DNA from: Felis catus
Taxonomy: Eukaryota
Assembly (NCBI RefSeq): GCF_018350175.1
Contig: NC_058374.1
Location: forward strand, 82,274,001-82,338,000
Length of the DNA: 64,000 bases
Reading direction: 5' to 3'
Part shown: positions 46,401-58,176 of the stretch, piece after piece
Numbering within the stretch: the first letter of the stretch is position 1
How the letters are laid out: every line of letters starts with the position of its first letter
Translations under genes and position numbers: made by a program
The notes under the pieces: generated by a model
Seen by the model: only the letters and a program-made list of their open reading frames with translations
The model's database searches: none
What the model was told of the DNA's origin: nothing

Positions 46401-48334
46401 GGCAGTATGTTTAGAGTTTACAAAACTAACAATAAACCACCATTTACTGAGAAGCTACTACTATTTTCACTCTTTATTTAATGCTGAGCACTCCTATGAA
46501 ACAAGAATTATTATCTGTATCCCTGAGACATTTGGTGGGTAAGGTCAGATACAGGTTAATGAGAAGTCAAGCAGTGATCAAACCCACTTTGATTGTAGTC
46601 AAAGAACAGTGTTTCAATGCCAGGAAGAACTTTTAGGCCCTTGCCTGTATAATATAAGATTTGAAGTTTCAGGAGTTCATTCAGCATGCATTTATTGAAC
46701 ACTGCTTGGTATTATGGGAGGCATTAAAGCTACAACAGGGAGCAAAACAGACACAGTATTGACAAGTGTCCACCCTCATGGAGATTAATAGCTAATAGTG
46801 AAGACAGGTGGGAAAATAAGACAACCTTATGAAATTAGGCATAGTAAGTAGTAAGTAGCCCCATCTCACCAACAGCTTCCCCACCCCAGCTACTCTCTGA
46901 ATCTCTACTCCCTGAACCCTCCCTTGAATACTGGCACTACAGGTCCAGCAGGAGGATAACTGGGAGGACTACCAGTGCCCTAGGACCTCAGAGAAGAACC
47001 AAGGGAAAGGAAGCTACCAGAGGAATTTTGTGTCTCATTCCTGAATATACGAAGATCGTAGAACACTTTCCTCACTTCACTTGGAAGACCCTCCTTATCC
47101 TGGGGGGGTGGGGGGGGGGCGGGCGGGGATGGGGCGGGGATGGGAGACAATAGATGCTAAGTCCTCCATGATTATGCAGAACTCAAGACCTGGGCATGAT
47201 ACCTAAGGTCCTGGACTTCCTGCTCATAATTACATAGCTCTGGACACTCATGCCTCTTTTTCTCTCAGTTTGTTTAGAATGAGAAACATTATTTAGGGCA
47301 TTTCCAACTGACTTAAGAGCTCAGAAAGCAGAACTGAGAGGAACTGAAATGGAAGCAAGGGCAGATGCTGAGGATCAGCCATTAGACCCAAGAAGGGTCA
47401 ATTTATAGTCCAGAATAAGGGGTAATGGGCCAAAATGTAAAGTTGAGATGTTAAACCTTTGTAAAGACTTATTGGCCTTGGACTGAGAAACCAAAAGAAA
47501 CTAGGGGGAGAAAAGAAGACTGATTCCAGTTGATCTGATGTGTTGAATATTATTGCTGATGCTTTTGGGCAGTAGGAGTAAACAACATGGAGGTAGTTTT
47601 TCCCTTCCTCAAAAGTTGAGGCAGTATGGTGATGATGAGGAAGAAGCAGCTCAGGAAGCTTGTTCTCAGGTTCAAGGGACTGGAGAGTCAGATGCACAGG
47701 AAGTACTTGAGTAGCTCCATTCTTCTGAGTATGTTATTTCTAGCATGAATGGTACAAGAAGCCTAAGATGCTTCTTGGTTTACCTCATGGAATATATTTA
47801 GCCCCTGTTCCCTACCTGGACCCTGGTTATCCACCCTCAAGACCATCTGGTTGGGGGTGGGGGCTGTGCCAGGCTCCACCTGGCCACCATACAACACAGA
47901 GCAGAAATGGGGCAAGGTGCCATGAGGACAGCAGGTGTGATATGAGGTTTGGCTTCTATGAAGAGCATCAAAAGTTCAGAAAAATTTGGAGCCCTACACG
48001 CTGGGGGGCAGGGGGTGCAGTTGGAGGAATGGAAGGCTGCAGGTGGAAGGGGATATCCCTGATAGCTATCTGTGCAGGTTATCTGGTAGAGGGGATTGTG
48101 TGTACTGGGGCAAATGGATGCAGATCAGTAAGGCCTGAGAGAGATATCCTATAGGGAAAGAAAGGAGGCATTGTTCTGAGTACCAGTGGCATAGTAGTCA
48201 ACAAGACAAACACGAGAAGGGTAAAGAACTGGACAACTCAGGAGGAGTTTTCCAAGTTGTCAATGCCACCCAGGGCTGCTGATGCCCTTCACAAATACCC
48301 TTTGCTGATGCTGTGTCCCCTTCTCTCTTATCAG

Positions 48335-48732
48335 CGGACCCTGCGGTGCAGACAGATGGTAGCCCTCTCTGCTGCCATTTCCACTTCAGCCCCAAGGTGA
48401 TGTTCACAAAGGTACTGAAGGCCCAGCTGTGGGTGTATCTGCGGCCCGTGCCCCGCCCAGCCACAGTCTACCTGCAGATCTTGCGACTGAAACCCCTAAC
48501 TGGGGAAGGGACTGCAGGGGGAGGGGGCGGAGGCCGGCGTCACATCCGTATCCGCTCACTCAAGATTGAGCTGCACTCNNNNNNNNNNNNNNNNNNNNNN
48601 NNNNNNNNNNNNNNNNNNNNNNNNNNNNNNNNNNNNNNNNNNNNNNNNNNNNNNNNNNNNNNNNNNNNNNNNNNNNNNNNNNNNNNNNNNNNNNNNNNNN
48701 NNNNNNNNNNNNNNNNNNNNNNNNNNNNNNNN
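48335..48732 (+). CDS. GDF11: GDF11 exon 2 (visible to 48578; remainder inferred inside N gap)
   Basis: (T)DPAVQTDGSPLCCHFHFSPKVMFTKVLKAQLWVYLRP...GGGGGGRRHIRIRSLKIELH; end coordinate inferred from the conserved protein length. Confidence 0.88.
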
Positions 48733-49257
48733 NNGAGCAGGGAGCTTGAGATGGTGTCAGATATGTGTAACCTGGTCCTGAGGAGGTGGGATGTTGGAAA
48801 AGGTAGACCAGGGATGAGAAGGGCTGGGGACCAGCATTATTTCTCTTGGGCCAGGAGCTGGTTCTAGAGGAGCAGTTTTGGGGGATTGGGTGGGGAGTGG
48901 CAGCTAGTGTTTTTCAGATACAAGCCAGACAACAGCTGAAGACTGGATTTGGGGTGAAGTGTGAGTTAATGGGAGATCCAAGAGAACACAAAAATGGGCT
49001 GTTGATGAGGCCTGGGGCCAAGGGGCTGATCAGGATCAGGTTGCCAGGAGAGGGGGAATTCAAGAAGTGAGTTGAAGGACAGATAGCTAGCTTACAAGGA
49101 GAGAGGGTAGAAGATATGGGGTATGGGAGCAGAGGAACAGCTTAGAAGGCAATGGTCTCTGTTCTGATACCCCTGTTGAAGGGCAGGTGAGAAAGGAAAG
49201 GGAGTAGGAACTCTTCAGGGCTCTATCACATCTCTTTCTCCTCTCCCTCATCCCCAG

Positions 49258-49638
49258 CATCCTTTTATGGAGCTTCGGGTCCTAGAGAACACAAAACGGT
49301 CCCGGCGGAACCTGGGCCTGGACTGCGATGAGCACTCAAGTGAGTCCCGCTGCTGCCGATACCCCCTCACAGTGGACTTTGAGGCTTTTGGCTGGGACTG
49401 GATCATCGCGCCTAAACGATACAAGGCCAACTACTGCTCCGGCCAGTGCGAGTACATGTTCATGCAAAAGTATCCGCACACCCACTTGGTGCAACAGGCT
49501 AATCCAAGAGGCTCTGCTGGGCCCTGCTGTACTCCCACCAAGATGTCCCCAATCAACATGCTCTACTTCAATGACAAGCAGCAGATTATCTACGGCAAGA
49601 TCCCTGGCATGGTGGTGGATCGCTGTGGCTGCTCCTAA
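49258..49638 (+). CDS. GDF11: GDF11 exon 3 (furin site and mature TGF-beta domain)
   Basis: [17 protein letters not shown]|[16 protein letters not shown]...VVDRCGCS*; mature 109 aa from 49309; NLGLD start distinguishes it from myostatin (DFGLD). Confidence 0.98.
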   Translation, partial: HPFMELRVLENTKRSRRNLGLDCDEHSSESRCCRYPLTVDFEAFGWDWIIAPKRYKANYCSGQCEYMFMQKYPHTHLVQQANPRGSAGPCCTPTKMSPINMLYFNDKQQIIYGKIPGMVVDRCGCS

Positions 49639-50235
49639 GGTGGGGGACAGAGGATGCCTCCCCCATAGACCCTACCCCTAGACCCCCAGCCCTGATCCCC
49701 ATGCCCCCAGGCCCTTGAGCTCCCTCCACCTCTTCCCATGAACATCACACCTTGTTCCCTGCCCAAGCAGTGTGCAATACAACAGAGGGAGGCAGGTGGG
49801 GATTGATGGGTGAGGGGTTTGGGGGACAGGGGGAAGAGGGGGTATGGTCAGGTGGGGAGTGTTTGAGGTTTGCAAGTGAGAAGGTTTGGCAAGAAGACAG
49901 AGAGACGTAGAGACAGAGGTAGAGCAGAGGGATAGAGACAGAGGAACAAAAAAAGCAGCAGTGAGAAGGCAAAGGGAGAGAGAGGCAGAAGAGACAGAGA
50001 CCAGGCAGAGATAAAAGATGAGAAAGAGGCTGAAATGGAATAAGAGAAAGCCCCACACCCAGCCTCCTTTCTTCCACTGGCAAGGTGGGGGCTTGGTATG
50101 GTTTGGGGAGATCCCCTGACTACCATTCTCAGTAGGAGGAAATAAAAAATCCATTCTTAGCTTCTTCCCTTTCTCCCTCCAGCAGTGGCCAGGGGAAGGG
50201 AAGTGAGGGCAGGGGCAAAAGTAAGGATCTTGGAA

Positions 50236-50254
50236 TTTTATTTATTTATTTATT
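50236..50254 (+). promoter_or_regulatory. GDF11: AU-rich element in the GDF11 3' UTR
   Basis: TTTTATTTATTTATTTATT, three overlapping ATTTA pentamers. Confidence 0.55.
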
Positions 50255-52623
50255 GTGACTTTTCATTTTTTGGTATTTGGCTTTACTGAAATAGAAGGGC
50301 CCCTGCCCACTGTGCCCCATTTCTCCCTTATTACCCACCTACCCACCCACTGTTCTCCCTCAATACCCACCTACTTAAGCACTTGTATAAAGCCTCCAGG
50401 GTTGGGAATGGGAGTAGAGGGCAAGAGGGCTAACACATGGAAGTTTCCAACCCATAATCACCCAACTTAACCTTCCTGAGCCAAATGGGTTGAACTGAAT
50501 TCCAGCAGTCATGGAAACTGGTAAGAGGTTAGGGTTTAGGAGCTGGGGGTGGGGAGAAGGGGAGGGGAGCACCCTCAACATTCAGGATCTGTATGAGAGC
50601 CACTAAATTAACCCTCATATCCACCCTCATAGTCCTGAGTTATTTAGCCAGAGGGTGTGGCCCACATATGCCCAAATTCCCCCCAGCTGAGAGAGAGACC
50701 AAAGAGCCTGTGGAATACCCCTACTCCCAGCCTCTATCTTCAGGTCAATAAAAAAAGTATAGAGATCCCAGAGTCCCAGGTCTGGGAAGGGTTAGGAGGA
50801 GTCAAGAAATGAGTAGTAAGAAGGTTGAAGGTTACAGGGCATTTGAATCCAAATCACTGCTCTGGGCTAGGGAATAGAGCCAGCAGACCAAGATGGAAGG
50901 GATTCTGGAGGGGGGACATTCTAGTTCCTCCAAACCCAAAGCTCAGGGTGGAAGGGGGGAGAACAAGGGAGCAGAGTGTCTATAATTATTTTTATCTTTT
51001 ATTTTTGGAATCTAGCAGTACCTGGCAGCAGGGAGGGGACAATACAATGGGGAAGGAAAAAGCATCTGACACGGCCAGTTAGAGCAGAGGATTAGAAGGA
51101 TGGAGACTCCCTGGTTGGGAAGGCTAGGAAACAGGCAGGGACTTGTTGCCACTCCAAGTCACTAGCTGGGCCTATTCATTCCTCCCATAATCCTGACCCA
51201 CCATCCTCTGGACTCACTGTGCCTCAGTTTCTTCCCCTCGATGGAATGNNNNNNNNNNNNNNNNNNNNNNNNNNNNNNNNNNNNNNNNNNNNNNNNNNNN
51301 NNNNNNNNNNNNNNNNNNNNNNNNNNNNNNNNNNNNNNNNNNNNNNNNNNNNNNNNNNNNNNNNNNNNNNNNNNNNNNNNNNNNNNNNNNNNNNNNNNNN
51401 NNNNNNNNNNNNNNNNNNNNNNNNNNNNNNNNNNNNNNNNNNNNNNNNNNNAGGAGTTGAGATTCTCCTGATCCACACCCTATCCATACCTCACCACAGA
51501 CCTCTTGGCTCCAGGCAAGAGCCTAGAGGATGTCAGGAGAGGAGATAAAGAACCTTCAGCAAAACTGTCACTCTAAGCAGAGCCAGCAGTTATGGGTCTG
51601 ATGCAAACAGTACTGGACTAAAGCCCGGCCTGGAGAGATGACCTGGAAGGCCTGTTCTTCCCGAATATGACTCTCCTGACTGGCCCAGGTAGAAGGGGCA
51701 AAGGTATGTGACCACCCTTGGGAAGGTGATGTTGGTGAGCTTTAGTGTCTTCTTCCCATTCCCATAGTGAAAAAATGAGATGAGGTGTTTTGGTACAGGA
51801 ATGGGCAAGGGCTGTTAAGTATTTCAACTCGCCTCCCATATAACAGCTATGCTAACCCCCAGCCTCTCCTCTCTGGCCCTGTTCTTCATCCTTCCTTCTA
51901 CCCCAATCTTGGAAAACAAGATACACCTGACAACACCATTCACATTTCCTTGGTTGAAGGAGAGGAACAGAGAAGTGAAGAACAGAAGATGCCTCCTCCA
52001 AGATCAAATGCTCCGGTCTCCTGATCTTGGCACAGGGTGGGGGTTGGGCAATAGACATCAGGTGACTTCCCTCTACAAATTCTAGAGAGCTGGAGCATTA
52101 GACCTGGGGGACACTTAGACTATGCCACTTTAACACCGCCAAATAATGACCTTTGTTGGGGGAGGGTCTTTTTCTTTTGAACATAAATCTAAGAGTTGAA
52201 ATCTCATTTCCTTGGTCCCCCTCACCCCCAAAGAGGCATGGGGTTAAAGAGGCTTGGAGGCACAGTCCAGCAACCTAGTGGGAACTAGCACCCCCTCTCC
52301 CACTTTATGTTGTGTGTGGACCTGGCCAGTGCCCCTCTGATCATAAGTAGTGTAATTATTATTTACTTTGTGTATTTGTTACACCATGTGTGTGATTGCC
52401 TTTGTTTGTTAAGGGTGACTGAGGAGTATGGGGATGACAGGGGCACTGGAATGCCGGGAAAGGACTTCTTCACTGAGATCAAGGCTTCCTGGAGGGAACC
52501 ATTGCAAAAAGGCCATCTGGCAGTTTTCAAGTTATGTGACAGAGGGCAAGGATGGCCATAGGGTGCTCTGAGTTTTGGGATGGTCACATGACACAATCCA
52601 GCACTTGAACCTGAAAAAAAAAA

Positions 52624-52633
52624 AATAAATAAA
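52624..52633 (+). terminator. GDF11: Candidate distal GDF11 poly(A) signal (others at 50141 and 50747)
   Basis: Overlapping AATAAATAAA about 3 kb after the stop. Confidence 0.5.
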
Positions 52634-55061
52634 AGCAGTCAAAGAGTTTAGAATTCAGTGATGAACTCTTCTCCCTAATCAAGCGCCACATTTATTTATC
52701 GGAGACCAGGAACAAAAGAGGCTCTGACAGGATGAAACCTTGTGTTCAAAGAAGATGGGGGTTGGGGGTGGTGGTGGTTTTGGGAGCAAAAAAAACATTA
52801 GGGGTATTTGGGATGAGGGTGGGGACATATATAGTCCAAGGGAGGATGGGCAGAGAATGGGAAAGGGAGGGGACCTGCAACAACTCCTCTCTGGATAACC
52901 TGATCCAAAACAGTCCCAAAGATTACCAAAACCCTCTTCTAGGCTCACACTAACAGAAGATCTGTAGGTTCTCTTAAGATGATCCAGCTAATATCTGTCC
53001 CATTCTCCTACAGTTCCCTGATCCTAGGTTTCCTCAACAAAGTTTCACCAAAATCCACAAACCAAACCAACATAGCCTTCAACTTGTAAATGTACCAAGA
53101 TGATTCAGCATCTTAAATAGTCTTTCTCTGATTCAGCCATAAAAATGTCTCCCATGTACCTAGAACAAAAGAATATTGCCTAATTCACATTTAAAAAGCA
53201 AGCAAACAAACAACAACAAAAAACAAAGGAAAGCTCCTATCACATCAACCTGATCTGTAATAGGGGCCAGGGCCACTGTGGGTTGTGTGCCACCATGTTT
53301 TCCCTGTCCTGTCAGTTCTGTCAGTAGACTGACCCCACCTCAGACCAACTACAACAATAAGGTTGAAAGAGGATGAAAGTGCTACATACTGTATTTTCCC
53401 AAGGAACTGCTTTATCCACACCTACTCCTAGATTTTGGCTTGAGCTAAAAATAGGTTTTCTCTCTCATCATTCATTTCCTGTGTTGAAAGGACACCTAGA
53501 AGAGATTGCCGGATGACTTTTATCCCCAAACAACCCCCCACCCAATGCATGAGTAGCTATCCTAGTCTCTTCCTTGGCCCATTTTTAGGATGCCAGGGCC
53601 CCATGCTAAGAACCAGCAAGCAGTGGCATTTATAGCTTCTGATCCTTAGTGAGGCAGAGGCAGGGAAGTCAATGCCCCAGGCCACAAGGTCAGCTTTCCT
53701 GCCCCTGAGCTGGAGTATGGGAGCAATTAGGACTCCCACCTCTTCCCACCCTCAGAATCCCTACATGCATCTGCACATGCAGCGCTTGAGCACATACACT
53801 CACAAACACAGTCAAATGAATCTACTCAGCTCCCTCCCTACCCTCTGGCTGGAACCTACTCAGGAAAAAGAAATATTTCCACTGTAAGTCACCTAGTAAA
53901 ATTAAGAGTTTACTGAATGATTACTATGCAAACTATGGTAAACAAATTGTGCTGAGTACATAATCTATTATCAATTTTCATAGGGTCGCTACTGGGTAGT
54001 CTGGAAAGTCATGGAATGATTTGCCCAGTCTGAGCCAGTAGAATTAGTATGGAGGAATGAGGAATTATATCTAAGTAGTTGCTACACAATATTCCACTCT
54101 AATCTGTTCTAGTAATAGTAATCTGAGAGGCAGAAAAACTAAAGGCAGGGAAAGAAAAGGACAAGAAAATTTTTTCTTTATTTCTAAAGAGAAAGCTGGG
54201 ATCACCCTGGGCACAAAGGGTATGCAAAGGTATGAAACCTGCCATTATTTTTCAATCCCTTTGAAAGTAAAAAACAAGAATGTGGACATGTAGCAAGAGG
54301 GGGAGGTTAGATTTTAGTGGATTTCAAGAATCAGAGGGAAGACATTACCTGTGAGAGGCCTACATGGAAGAGAACAGAGAAAAAGTTATTCTCCCTTATA
54401 TTAAGTTCCTTTCTTCCCCCTCATCTGTTTCTCATGTCAGACATGGCAATACGACTCAAACCCAAGAAGTCCTGCTCTTATTCATGTCTTCCTTCCTATA
54501 GCTCTCACCAGTACAGAAACTTCTAGCCTTCTATCTTCAGAAGTTCTTAGGAGTTGGAGTAGGGGGAAGGGCATTTTGGGGTGATGGTGGAGAAAAAGAA
54601 CGATTCCATGGTTCTCAGAGAACCATAAAAAGGCACAGATTTATAGCTGAGAAAGGTAGTTCCCTCCACATCTTTTATAGACTCTCTCATTAAGAGCTTC
54701 CAGGTATGCAGAGAATGTCACAGCTTCAGGACAGGGAAAAGAGGACTGGAGTCAGCTAACTATATCTGGATCCTAGATCAGCTACACTAGGGCGAGTGGG
54801 GGATAGAAAGGAAAGGTACTTGGATCTTAGATAATGAATTCCAAGCCTGGATGCTTTTAAAGGGACTCACTATGTTAAGATTTGAATTATTAAAAAAGGC
54901 AGGCATCCTGAATTTTCATACACTCAAAAAGTATGCAAGGAATCACTACAATGAGACAGGAAGAGGAGAATTTGGTGATCAGGTTTGGAGATGAACGACT
55001 TCTGACCAACGTAAGAACAGCTGCTGGAACTGGATGAAAAAGGTTATTAAAAAATCCATTT

Positions 55062-55275
55062 AGGGGCACCTGAGAGGTGCAGTCAGGTAAGCGTCCAACT
55101 TCGGCTCAGGTCACATGATCTCACCGTTCTTGAGTTCAAGGCCCACATTGGGCTCTGCACTGACAGCTCAGAGCCTGGAGTCTGCTTCAGATTCTGTGTC
55201 TCCTCCTCTCTCCGCCACTACCCTGCTCACACTGTCTTTCTCTCTCCCAAAAACAAACATTAAAAAATTTTTTTA
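55062..55275 (+). mobile_element. Can-SINE
   Basis: Diverged SINE head and CT tail. Confidence 0.8.
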
Positions 55276-56929
55276 ACAAAGATGATGATGAAGAGACAAA
55301 GTGAAGAAAACTTCTGAAGGACCCAGTGCTCTATTCCTATACCTATTTCTTACTTTTCCCATCCTTGGGTAGAAAACCCTTACTGAATCTATAGTTTCTC
55401 TCAAGCTACAAAACAACTAATTTTCTGTGGTTCTGTTTTCAAATGAAGTAAGAGACACAGTAAAGAGAGGAAAAGTTAGCCTCAAGATCAGGGCCTGGAG
55501 AAAAGAAAAGGAAGGCAAACAGAACAGGCCAGAAGGAAGACAGGGAAGGAAAAGTTTAACCAGTGTTCCCTTTTGTTCACCTCTCCAAAGTCTCAAATTG
55601 GGGCAATTTTCACAATAAATAGGCAATCTTTGGATCTGCTCTCCAAGGCATAGTTTTTTTAAAGCATCTAAACTTAGGTCCCCATCCTACTCAGCTACCA
55701 AAGAGGCACTGTGGAAGGAGATTCTTGTTAGGAAGGAATTCAAACCATTACTTTTCTATTAACCACAAAACCAGGAGGGTTTTCAGTAGAAACTGAAATA
55801 AGGAATTACACCACAGCAACACAGGATCTGATCAAGGTATGAAAGTCTTCACGTAAGGTGCCAGGCATTTAAGTTTTATTCTAAAAAACAAAACAAAAAA
55901 AACCAAAAACTAACCTTACAGAGATGTCTAGAAATAAAGAATAAGAGGAGACACCCTATACCAACATATCCAAAAAAGATTAAGTAGGATGTCTCAAATC
56001 TAGGTGAAACATCAAATACAAACAAGTAGCCTGCTTAGAGCCAAACCTAAGAGGCTTAGCAAGGAAAAGGAGTTTTAGTAATATCTAAGAAACACAACCA
56101 CTAAAACTGTATACTTCTGTAACAGAAGACAACAAATTAGCACAGGATTTGATTAGATAGAATGTAGAAGCTTCCAGGGGGGCCTGGCTGGAAGAGCATG
56201 CTTTTGATCTCCAGATCTATCTTGAGTTCACTGAGCCCCAAGCTGGGTGTAGAGATTACATACATACATACATAAACAAACAAACTTAAAAAAAAAAAAA
56301 AAGTAGAGGCCTCCAGTCCACTGCTTCCTAATGACCTAGATAACAGTTCTTAACACCTCTGACCATCTTCTGTCTTGCTTTGAATCCCTACACTTTCTTC
56401 TAGCTCTGAGGGGTAACTGACCCATCTCCTTTCCTGAACTGCATAACCAGTAGGGTTCCACATATTGGCTCTGACTGAAACCAGATAGTATCATACCAGG
56501 TCACTCTTGAAAATAGGGTCCTGCTGGTCTCCTTAATAGGGACACGGAACTCCATTCCCTAACAGACTATCAATCATCAGCCTTTGTATTTATATCCTTT
56601 GCACCCCCTAAAACTCAGGGCTCCCCCATGTTCTACTCCTGTGGGTCACGCCAACCTGCCAAAGCAAAGAGTCAGGGTGAAACTTGGCCTCTTCATAGAG
56701 GATAAAGAATAAAAGGATGCTTGTGAGTATGAGAGAAGGGAATAAATAGGCTTAAAGGGACAGACTCAAATCCTTTTCCTTATTCTCTTTTGTAAAGGAT
56801 AAAGGCCTTATGGCTAATTTCCTGTAATATTTGCCCCTGAAGCTCCCCCTTATCTAGATAAGTCTAATCTGGCCCCAAGAACTCAAAGGAGCATCTGATA
56901 AAACGCATTGTTTTCTTTTCTATTTGTTT

Positions 56930-56935
56930 TTTATT
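56930..56935 (-). terminator. SARNP: SARNP poly(A) signal
   Basis: AATAAA on minus about 220 nt after the stop, preceded by U-rich UTR. Confidence 0.75.
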
Positions 56936-57156
56936 AACAAGCAAAATAATAATTAAAAAACAACACAAGAACAACAACCTTAAAGTTGGAACAGCAATGA
57001 GTCAAATTGCTGCTGAAGTTCCTGGATGTACCCGGGGTACATGCTCTCTCACTGTGAGGCAGGACCTAGGCACATGACTGTGCATTTATATATATGACCA
57101 AGAAAAGTCAGAGAGATGGAAACCACTGGAGAACAGAAAGCATTAAGAGCTTTTCA

Positions 57157-57198
57157 TCAGGCAATCCCAAAGCGCTCTGCCCTTTTCCTCTTCTTTGC
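57157..57198 (-). CDS. SARNP: SARNP (CIP29) last coding exon
   Basis: AKKRKRAERFGIA* after ttcttccttacag acceptor; RxxRFG DDX39B-interacting motif. Confidence 0.92.
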   Translation of the reverse strand, partial: AKKRKRAERFGIA

Positions 57199-58136
57199 CT
57201 GTAAGGAAGAAGCAAGAAGAAAAAATTAGATTGCAAGACAACAGTGGCCTGGGTTCCTGGCTGCTTTAATCCAAACTCACATGAGCTATCACAAGGTTCA
57301 AGAAGGAGGGAAGACCCAGGCTTAAGCTTGCTAGCCAGAGATTTCATTCCTGAATCTCTCTAGTTATCCAGTTAGAGCTGGGAAGGTCTGGTGGGAAAGG
57401 AGGGGAGAAGACTGTAGGGAGTGGGGGGAAGAGGAAGAAGAGAATAGTGGTAGAAAAATAGATTCCTGAAGGAGAGGGCCACTCAGCCTTATAGCAAGTT
57501 AGTCTGGAAACAATGGACTCTTAACAGGCTGGAGAGTATTCCAGTCAGTGGGGAGATGACAGATCTCACAGAAAAAGAGTTGACCAATGCTATTTTTTCA
57601 TAGAGAAAGTGAGGAGGATGCCCTTCTGGGCATTAAGCCCCAACCACCAGCTATTCGGTAAGCCTCCAAATCCACAGAGGACACATAAATCTACAATGCT
57701 AACAGAATAACTGGGAGGGAAGTGAGACCTTAATATGAATCTCCTTAAGGGAGTCAGTACTGGAGACAGGCACAAAATGAGGAGTGGGGGAGAAGGAGAT
57801 AAAGATGTTTTTGTTCTGGGAGTGACTCACAAACAGCACTGAGTCTTTCATCCTCACTCCAACTACTGCCTCCAGCAGAGGGGACTTTTTTTTTTTCATT
57901 CCATCCACACAGGAAGTTTAATTTAGATTAAAAAGAAGAGTGTAATGGGGCGCCTGGGTGTCTCAGTTGGTTGAGTGACCGACTTTGGTTCAGGTCATGA
58001 TCTCACGGTTTGTGAGTTCGAGCCCCACAGCGGGCTCTGTGCTGACAGCGCGGAGCCTGGAGCCTGCTTCAGATTCTGTGTCTCAGTCTCTCTGTCCCTC
58101 CCCCACTCATGCTCTGTCTCTGTCTCAGAAATAAAC

Positions 58137-58176
<40 letters not shown>

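Noticed and set aside
49258-49638. Myostatin (MSTN) assignment
   Set aside because: The [14 protein letters not shown] mature start, the prodomain sequence and CD63/SARNP synteny identify GDF11.
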